A stretch of 64,000 bases of DNA from Candidatus Staskawiczbacteria bacterium (lineage in GTDB: Bacteria; Patescibacteriota; Minisyncoccia; Minisyncoccales; Staskawiczbacteraceae): assembly GCA_903831095.1 (NCBI GenBank), contig CAIKWD010000026.1, forward strand, positions 136,477-200,476, given 5' to 3'. The notes under the pieces are model-generated. The model made no database searches. It worked only from the letters and a program-made list of their open reading frames with translations, and was not told the origin of the DNA. Each line of letters starts with the position of its first letter. The first letter of the stretch is position 1. Both the position numbers and the translations under genes were made by a program. Below, piece after piece: positions 47,634 through 54,734 of the stretch.

Positions 47634-48833
47634 ATGGACGGTTTTCAACTAGAGAAAAAGAGATTTACCGCTGATAACATTCTGGATGTTGTGTCTAATT
47701 TTTATGAAGTTAATTCAAAAGTTATAACGGGTTCTTCTAGGATAAAAAATATAGTTGCTATACGATGGATTGTTGTATATATTTTGAGAAAGTATCTAAA
47801 TAAATCATTTCCTTATATCGGTAAAAAATTAGGTAATCGTAATCATACTTCTGTGCTATATGCATACAATAAAATTAGTGATGTCATAGAAAAAAACTCA
47901 GACATTGAACAAGAGGTTAATTCTATTATGTCGTATTTTAGACATGGACTTCCTTTAAGAAAATTCGTGGTCAAAAATACTAACTACCTTATCGTAAAAA
48001 AACAAAGGGATTTAAAATTGAAAAAAGTTTTGAATATTATAAGATCGATAGAAGACTTACCAAATCATGAGTTGTCATTGGAAAACAAAAATAGACAAGA
48101 CAGTATTATTGAAAAATATCAAGATGGATATAGTCTACATGAAATAGGTGAGATATACCGCTTGACTAGAGAAAGAATAAATCAGATTGTCAAAATTGGT
48201 TTACAAAATAATGTAAGAGAAATGGTTGGAAAAGGGTTTACAATAGATTTTAGGGAGTTTTTAAAAGAAGAAAAACAGAAACATATAAAAGCATACAAAG
48301 AAAGACGGGGAATTTTTGAAAAAGAAACCCCTCCCAAAAGAGTAGAAAATAAATGGAGTAGATATTATAATTTTTGTAGGGCATGTCATACAATAATAAT
48401 CCCACATGCCGCACTTGGTTATTGTAAAAAATGTTATACAAAAACAGAGGGTTTTAAAGAGATACAAAATGCTTCTCGTCTAAAAAATATAGAAAAGATA
48501 AAAGCTTATACAAAAAAATATTCTAAAGAATACAATAAAAGGCCAGAAGTCAGGAATAGATTAAGCCTAGCAGCTCTTGGTGGTAATAGGGAAAAAGCAT
48601 TGATAAGAGATGGATACAAATGTAGAATTTGTGGGATGACTCGTGAAGAAAATCATCTAAAATATGGTAGAGACTTAAATGTTGTGCATACTAATGGTAA
48701 TCAGAATCACGATTTAGATTATTTAAAAACTATATGTAAAGATTGCTATACTGACTTCACAACTAAATTAATGAGACAAAATAAAAAAAATATTTATGGT
48801 AAATCAAATATCGCCAAAAGCGGATATTTATAA
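47634..48833 (+). CDS. Fusion protein: DnaA domain-IV-like HTH + sigma-70 region-4-like HTH + zinc ribbon + HNH nuclease
   Basis: aa 12-100 (...SSRIKNIVAIRWIVVYILRKYLNKSFPYIGKKLGNRNHTSVLYAYNKI...) resembles DnaA domain IV. aa 155-190 (GYSLHEIGEIYRLTRERINQIV) resembles sigma r4. CRAC..CKKC forms a zinc ribbon. aa 320-372 (DGYKCRICG...LNVVHTNGNQNHD...LKTICKDCY) forms the HNH. Confidence 0.75.
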   Translation: MDGFQLEKKRFTADNILDVVSNFYEVNSKVITGSSRIKNIVAIRWIVVYILRKYLNKSFPYIGKKLGNRNHTSVLYAYNKISDVIEKNSDIEQEVNSIMSYFRHGLPLRKFVVKNTNYLIVKKQRDLKLKKVLNIIRSIEDLPNHELSLENKNRQDSIIEKYQDGYSLHEIGEIYRLTRERINQIVKIGLQNNVREMVGKGFTIDFREFLKEEKQKHIKAYKERRGIFEKETPPKRVENKWSRYYNFCRACHTIIIPHAALGYCKKCYTKTEGFKEIQNASRLKNIEKIKAYTKKYSKEYNKRPEVRNRLSLAALGGNREKALIRDGYKCRICGMTREENHLKYGRDLNVVHTNGNQNHDLDYLKTICKDCYTDFTTKLMRQNKKNIYGKSNIAKSGYL

Positions 48834-49017
48834 GGACGACCTTCTTTTAAATGCCAAAGAAATAAATGAGGTTCGTGGAATACTCCGTATTACGCTTGGA
48901 AAGTATGTGGATAAATTATCAGACGAAGAAGTAAATGATTTTGCTAGTACCATGCTTCGAGTAACAGCGATTGTGCTTAAAGCAAAACATTCGCACGCAA
49001 AAGGTACGCGAGCTTAA
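48796..49017 (+). CDS. Small hypothetical protein
   Basis: 73-aa ORF overlapping the upstream gene by 38 nt. Confidence 0.4.
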   Translation: MVNQISPKADIYKDDLLLNAKEINEVRGILRITLGKYVDKLSDEEVNDFASTMLRVTAIVLKAKHSHAKGTRA

Positions 49018-49023
49018 TAAGAT

Positions 49024-49482
49024 ATGGGGAATCAAGCATCACTAAAAACATATATTGAAAAAGGTTTTATTGATTTGGCAGATAATGTTGCCTTCAGAAC
49101 TATTAAAGATGGTTGCAATTGTTTTGGTTATAATTACAAAGGGTATCAAAAGGCTGCGGCTCCTCATCCGTATGAATCTGACACCAGATTATGGTTTCCG
49201 AAAATAACCGTGGATAGTATATGGGATAATTCAATCTCAGGCGATGGAAAAGTTATCATTGAAAAATGTACGGATGATAGATTGAGGGCTGAACATGTTG
49301 AAAACTGCCTGAATGATGAAAGAGTAAAAAGAACTGTATTCGCAAGGGAGAAAGATATCTACGGAGAATTAATGTATGTATTTAAAGGATTATTTGAAAT
49401 AGATAGAAATAAATCCAATTCTATAGATGGTGTGTTCTGGAACAGAATAGCTACAAGAGTAAAAACATATCCGCCAATATAA
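49024..49482 (+). CDS. Hypothetical protein
   Basis: 152-aa ORF starting 6 nt after the previous stop codon. No motif recognised. Confidence 0.55.
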   Translation: MGNQASLKTYIEKGFIDLADNVAFRTIKDGCNCFGYNYKGYQKAAAPHPYESDTRLWFPKITVDSIWDNSISGDGKVIIEKCTDDRLRAEHVENCLNDERVKRTVFAREKDIYGELMYVFKGLFEIDRNKSNSIDGVFWNRIATRVKTYPPI

Positions 49483-49542
49483 AAAAACATTAGGCGTTGG
49501 TGGGGATTATGGATAAAGTTTTAGAAGATATAAAATAAATTT

Positions 49543-52500
49543 ATGGAAGATGATATTAAAGAAAAATTACTTAAAGAATACACAGGGAAAGAGCCCTTAT
49601 ATATAGAGTTTGCCAAGGAGACAGAAAAATTGCTTAAGGCTTTTTTAGATGGGCAAGATTTTAAATTCTATATTTATAACAGGGCTAAAGAGATGTGTAA
49701 TCTTTCTGAAAAGATTGATAGGAAAGAACAAGAAGGGAAACAGTATGCAAAATTAGAAGACATTGAAGACTTGGCAGGAGTAAGAGTCGTCTTTTATTTA
49801 GAAAGCGACAAGAAGCGGTTTTTAAATCTATTTTTAAGTGAATTCCGTAATTGCATTATTTCTCATGAAGAAAAATATATTTCTAAAGGATATAGGGGAT
49901 CTCATATTATTTTTCACTTAGACGATAAGAGATCGACACCAGCTGAATATCAAAAATATAAGGGGCTTAAATGTGAAATACAAATATTAACAATTCTATT
50001 TCATGCTTGGTCCGAAGTTGAGCATGATATTATTTATAAGCCGAAGGGAGATGCAATACTTCTTAGAACATTGGGGTTGGATGAACTCGAAAAAACTTTT
50101 GAAAAATTGATGGCAGAACATATTCAAGCGGCGACTATCCAGCTTGATTGTATTAATAAAAAATATGAGGAAATAAGACGGGCTGGAGAAATATTAAGCG
50201 TTGATTTTATTAATGATATTATCAATTCAAAAACTAATGACGAAATTTATGAGAGATTAGAAGTAATAGAAAAATTTTATTATAAAAAACCAGATGAAAC
50301 ATTAGTAATTGTTGAAACAGTGCTGAAACAGAAACCATTGGAGCCAGCAGTAATCTACCAGTTTAAGGATAGTCCACTTTATGGCAAGACGCACAAAGAC
50401 ATTGTTTTAAAAGCAATCGACTTGCTCTCATCAATCAGATATTATAAATCAGATGAAGTTTTGGATTTGCTCTCTGTTCTGTCTTTGTCTGAAGATAACG
50501 ATATAAAAAATAAGGCCCTGGATATTGCGAAGAAGTTTGCAAAGTACGATTTTAATATTCTTACTAAGTCAAAAATTGGATATGGAGCACAAAGAAAATC
50601 CCTTGATTATATTTTATCATGGCCGGGAGCAAAAAAAATTGAAAACTTCGATTTTATAGAAGTGATAACGCAAGAACTTCTGGGATCATCAGTTGAAGGG
50701 ACGACGTCTGGGATAAATGCAGAAGCACAATATACTATAACATTACACTCTAATGTTGTTCAGCCGACTGTTTTCTTAAAAAAGATTCGTCGCGACACCA
50801 TTGATTTAATATTTAATCTTTATGAGAACATAAACGACGAAAAGAAAAAGATAAGATTAGTAAGAGTTCTTGAAGAGGTCATAAGAACACCAAGCAGTGT
50901 GGCCTATGGTGAAGATATAGAAAACATGATTAGTGATGATGCTCAATATTTAACAAATATCTATCGAAGTATGCTTTTTAAGGAAGGCAAGCTAGTTGGC
51001 AGTATTTCCGTTGCCGAGGAGATAGAAGAAAGACTCTACTGGTTCCATAAAAATGGAAAACTAAATACGCCAGAATCTAAAAAATTGAGAGAAGATATCT
51101 TAGCAGATTCTTTTTATTCTGTATTTCGTTTATTTGCTGGCGATGATGTTATTTTTCGTGAAGAAGAGGGCTGGGATAAGGCAGAATCAAAACGTAATAA
51201 AGCTATTGATACTAAAATTGGGGAGGTTAACGAATCTAATTTAACTGAGTGGATTAATGTTATCAACAGAATTGCAGACCAAATTGGTTTGGTGGATGAG
51301 TGGAAGTTTAGCCCCTTTAAAATGTTTTTAAGAAAATTAACAGTTAAACAACCAGAGACAGCCTCAATCATACTTAATAATGCTATAGATAATAATGAAT
51401 CAATTAAAATTCTTACAAGGGATATTTTAGATGGTTTTCGTGATGCTGATCGTCTTGATCTATGGGATGCAATTACAGAAAAAATAATAAAGAAGGAAGA
51501 AACTAGTTTGATAGGTTCAATAATATACTCGCTTAATATTGGTAGAGAGGGAGTTGATCTAACAAAAGAAATTCGGGATCAAGATTTAATATTACTTGAA
51601 GACGTTGTAAAACAAACTGGGAAGTTTTCTTTTCTCGCTAATAAGAAAGAAAATAATTTGGTTTTACAACACGCAATTATTAACACCCTTATAAGTAATT
51701 TTAAACGTGATCCTGCTCGTATTGAAGCTCTTATATTAGAAATGATTCGAAAAAATCAAGGCAGGGAAAAATTTCTTATTAGAGAACTAGAATTCGGGAC
51801 TATGAGGTCCATGATTGATTGTAGTGAATTTGGTACAGATAGTATTAATCTTCTAAAATCATCACTTGTAGAATTAGATGATTTAGATTGGAATGCACAA
51901 GGCCTATTATTAAATCTCGGCAAAAAGAATGTGAGAATAATTTTTGATGTATTATGGGATAGGATTGAGAAAGATGTTCAAAAAAAAGAGAGCAAAGGTT
52001 TTGATGGATTAGAACACTATCGGGCAATTCCTTATCATTTCAACGATGATCTTAAAAAACATCTTTTTGCTTGTCCACAATTTCAAGTTTTAGCTGAAGA
52101 ATGGCTCGACAAGGTTACACTTACTTGGTCACCATATAATTGGAATATTAGCCATTTTCTTAAAGAAATAGGCAATTCTTTAACAGTTATACTTAAAAGT
52201 ATGATTGAACGTGGGGATGAGAATAGTTTAACTAAAGCTGTACAGCTAATGGACCGTTTTGAGGGAGGTGATATTGAATTAGGCATAGAGGTAATTAGAA
52301 GAACCAAGAATAAGAAAAATATAAGCCATATTGAGGGGATGTTATTTTCCACTGGTGTTGTCTCTGGAGAAGATGGAATCGCACGTACCTATGAATCTAA
52401 GGCAGAGATATTAAAGAAGTACTTAAACGATGACAATAAGCAAGTAAAATCATTTGCCGAGAAAATGAGTAAAATCCTTGAGGAAAATGCAAAAAGAGAA

Positions 52501-52554
52501 CGACAACAAAATGAGGAAGAAAAACAAATAAGAAAAATAGAGTTTGAGGAGTAG
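49543..52554 (+). CDS. RelA/SpoT-domain (RSH, small-alarmone-synthetase-like) nucleotide pyrophosphokinase fused to a ~830-aa helical C-terminal region
   Basis: aa 45-170: NRAKE...KIDRK...IEDLAGVRVVFY...KGYRGSHIIFHL...KCEIQILTILFHAWSEVEHDIIYKP matches the RelA_SpoT synthetase fold. The remainder is Leu/Ile/Glu/Lys-rich and apparently helical. Confidence 0.8.
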   Translation: MEDDIKEKLLKEYTGKEPLYIEFAKETEKLLKAFLDGQDFKFYIYNRAKEMCNLSEKIDRKEQEGKQYAKLEDIEDLAGVRVVFYLESDKKRFLNLFLSEFRNCIISHEEKYISKGYRGSHIIFHLDDKRSTPAEYQKYKGLKCEIQILTILFHAWSEVEHDIIYKPKGDAILLRTLGLDELEKTFEKLMAEHIQAATIQLDCINKKYEEIRRAGEILSVDFINDIINSKTNDEIYERLEVIEKFYYKKPDETLVIVETVLKQKPLEPAVIYQFKDSPLYGKTHKDIVLKAIDLLSSIRYYKSDEVLDLLSVLSLSEDNDIKNKALDIAKKFAKYDFNILTKSKIGYGAQRKSLDYILSWPGAKKIENFDFIEVITQELLGSSVEGTTSGINAEAQYTITLHSNVVQPTVFLKKIRRDTIDLIFNLYENINDEKKKIRLVRVLEEVIRTPSSVAYGEDIENMISDDAQYLTNIYRSMLFKEGKLVGSISVAEEIEERLYWFHKNGKLNTPESKKLREDILADSFYSVFRLFAGDDVIFREEEGWDKAESKRNKAIDTKIGEVNESNLTEWINVINRIADQIGLVDEWKFSPFKMFLRKLTVKQPETASIILNNAIDNNESIKILTRDILDGFRDADRLDLWDAITEKIIKKEETSLIGSIIYSLNIGREGVDLTKEIRDQDLILLEDVVKQTGKFSFLANKKENNLVLQHAIINTLISNFKRDPARIEALILEMIRKNQGREKFLIRELEFGTMRSMIDCSEFGTDSINLLKSSLVELDDLDWNAQGLLLNLGKKNVRIIFDVLWDRIEKDVQKKESKGFDGLEHYRAIPYHFNDDLKKHLFACPQFQVLAEEWLDKVTLTWSPYNWNISHFLKEIGNSLTVILKSMIERGDENSLTKAVQLMDRFEGGDIELGIEVIRRTKNKKNISHIEGMLFSTGVVSGEDGIARTYESKAEILKKYLNDDNKQVKSFAEKMSKILEENAKRERQQNEEEKQIRKIEFEE

Positions 52555-52659
52555 TCTCTTTTGTCTGTTCTTGATTATAGAATATTTTAGAGTTAAGATA
52601 AATTACAATTTAATATTGATTGAGTTGCCTAAAACCCTAAAAAGTCATGGCACAAAATT

Positions 52660-52803
52660 CCTAAGAATAATACCGAACACGTCGTTCAGGCCTCTTATTC
52701 TTAGGTCGTATATCGAAAGATGTACGGGAGAGCAATCTCCGGCTTGGCGGCGTGTTCCGTGTTTACAGACTCAACACACTAGCCATAAAAAGCTGGTTTT
52801 TTG
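52660..52803 (+). ncRNA. Candidate structured 5' leader RNA
   Basis: An 11-bp stem CCTAAGAATAA/TTATTCTTAGG, hairpin CGTATATC-GAAA-GATGTACG, hairpin GGAGA-GCAA-TCTCC, and a weak terminator-like hairpin with T6 ending 18 nt before ATG 52821. Local GC is well above the flanks. Confidence 0.35.
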
Positions 52804-52820
52804 TTTATAAAAACAAAACT

Positions 52821-54704
52821 ATGAAAAAACAATTTATATTTCTCGTTATTTTTTCTCTTATAATTTTAGGTTATGCATTTCCGCTGTTCGCAAGGGCTGA
52901 GACATTGCCAGTATGTGTGGCAACTGACTGGTCATGCACTGATTGGGGTGCTTGCCATGCAGATGGCAACTATTTTCAAAATAGAACTTGTAGTAAAACA
53001 GCAAATTGTGAAGGGGGAGTTGCGTCGCCTTCAACCCAACAAATATGTACACCACCCTTCTGTACTTCATGGACATATTCTGATTGGGGTCCTTGCGATC
53101 CTAATCTTGGGTATAAACAGAGAACTGAAATTTCTGCTTTTCCTACGGACTGCATAATCGACTATACAAATGGCCCTGGCCCTATAGATAGGCAGACGTG
53201 TAGTGTTTTCCCGGCATGTACTTCAGGCGATTGGTCATGTGCTGATTGGACCGCATGTTCGCAAAATAATAACCAAACAAGAACTTGTAGTAAAATCTCA
53301 AATTGCCAAGGTGGTGTTGTTTCCCCCGCGACTTCGCAGACTTGTACTTATACTCCAACATGTATTTCATTTGGTTACTCCATATGGTCAGTCTGTTCAT
53401 CTAACGGAACTCAAACGAGAAGTGTTGTCTCAACATTGCCTAGCAGTTGTATCGGAGGTAATCCGGTTTTGACCCAGAGTTGTAGCTATATTAAGCCCGC
53501 TAAATCCTTAGATCAACAATGTAAGGATTATTATGGTGCTAACTACGCATGGAATGACAATAGCGGTAAATGTATCAACCTTGTGGCCCCGCAATCAAAT
53601 TGTACTGCCGACACGTGGACTTGTGGTGCGTGGGGTACTTGTTCACCGCAAGGAATTCAAACAAGGAGTTGCAACAAAACCTATGATTGTTCGTCTGCAG
53701 AGACCGCAGTACCTGTTACAACGCAATACTGTCAGCCCTCCAGCAGCCCCATATATCAAAGTCCAGCAGATACTCAAAATGTTACAAACCAAGGATCGAT
53801 AATAAAAGCAACAGTAAAACTTAAGTGTTGGGTCACTTTAGCTGGTGGCAGAGCGGGGTCCGGTACAATAATAGATTCTGAAGGAATAATACTTACCAAT
53901 AAACATTTGATTACCAACGAAAAAGGGGTAATTGATGTGTCGGGTTGCCATATTGGGTTTATTAACTCTTACAAAGATATACCATATTTTGATGATAGTG
54001 GGAGTGGACATTTTGCAGATATTTATAAGGTGTCTACGAACGAAGATATCGTCTTACTAAAATTAAGAAATCCAAATAATAAGATTCTTCCATCAATAGA
54101 TATTTCAAAGGGAAACAACAACAATTTAAAACTCACTGACGAATTAATTATTTATGGCTATCCCGGAATTGGAGGGGACACTATAACAGTTACGAAGGGA
54201 TATTATAATGGCATAAGAGAAAATTACTTAAAAACCGATGCACTTATCGCACATGGTAATTCAGGAGGAGGGGCATACACCACAAATGGTATATTTATGG
54301 GAATACCAACAGGAGCAATCCCTGACGATATTACTCATCTTGGTTATGTTTTGTCTGTAAATACAATCAATTCCTGGATAAATAATACTCCGGTTGTATA
54401 TTCTCCACTCGACATAAATAATTATTCACGGGTTGCTTCAATATTGGAAAACATGACAGTAGATCAAATAGATAAATTTAAGATATATGCGCCCGGCACT
54501 GAACCAACGAGTTTATCCCAAGATAATGAAAATGTTGTTCCTAAAACTATAAAAAGTTCTACACCACCAATAACTAATCAAAAAATAGAGCCAAATCAGA
54601 TTGCCATGATATTTGGGGCCGGAACCACCCAGCAAGCTAGTCCAGCACTAACCAAAAAAATAACATGGTATCAAAAAATATGGGATTGGTTTATGAGAAA
54701 ATGA
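52821..54704 (+). CDS. Secreted protein: five thrombospondin-type-1-like Cys repeats + trypsin-like (S1) serine protease domain
   Basis: Signal peptide MKKQFIFLVIFSLIILGYAFPLFARA. Repeats W..C..W..C...G.Q(T/N)R.C lie at 52914-53731. Protease triad context: TNKHLI, DIVLLKL, HGNSGGGAY. Confidence 0.75.
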   Translation: MKKQFIFLVIFSLIILGYAFPLFARAETLPVCVATDWSCTDWGACHADGNYFQNRTCSKTANCEGGVASPSTQQICTPPFCTSWTYSDWGPCDPNLGYKQRTEISAFPTDCIIDYTNGPGPIDRQTCSVFPACTSGDWSCADWTACSQNNNQTRTCSKISNCQGGVVSPATSQTCTYTPTCISFGYSIWSVCSSNGTQTRSVVSTLPSSCIGGNPVLTQSCSYIKPAKSLDQQCKDYYGANYAWNDNSGKCINLVAPQSNCTADTWTCGAWGTCSPQGIQTRSCNKTYDCSSAETAVPVTTQYCQPSSSPIYQSPADTQNVTNQGSIIKATVKLKCWVTLAGGRAGSGTIIDSEGIILTNKHLITNEKGVIDVSGCHIGFINSYKDIPYFDDSGSGHFADIYKVSTNEDIVLLKLRNPNNKILPSIDISKGNNNNLKLTDELIIYGYPGIGGDTITVTKGYYNGIRENYLKTDALIAHGNSGGGAYTTNGIFMGIPTGAIPDDITHLGYVLSVNTINSWINNTPVVYSPLDINNYSRVASILENMTVDQIDKFKIYAPGTEPTSLSQDNENVVPKTIKSSTPPITNQKIEPNQIAMIFGAGTTQQASPALTKKITWYQKIWDWFMRK

Positions 54705-54734
54705 TTGTTAACTACAGGTAAAATAAAATTATAA

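Noticed and set aside
52544-52810. 88-aa ORF in the gap before the TSP1-protease gene.
   Set aside because: It has no RBS context and an odd composition, and it coincides with the hairpin-dense GC-rich segment. A structured leader RNA explains the region better.
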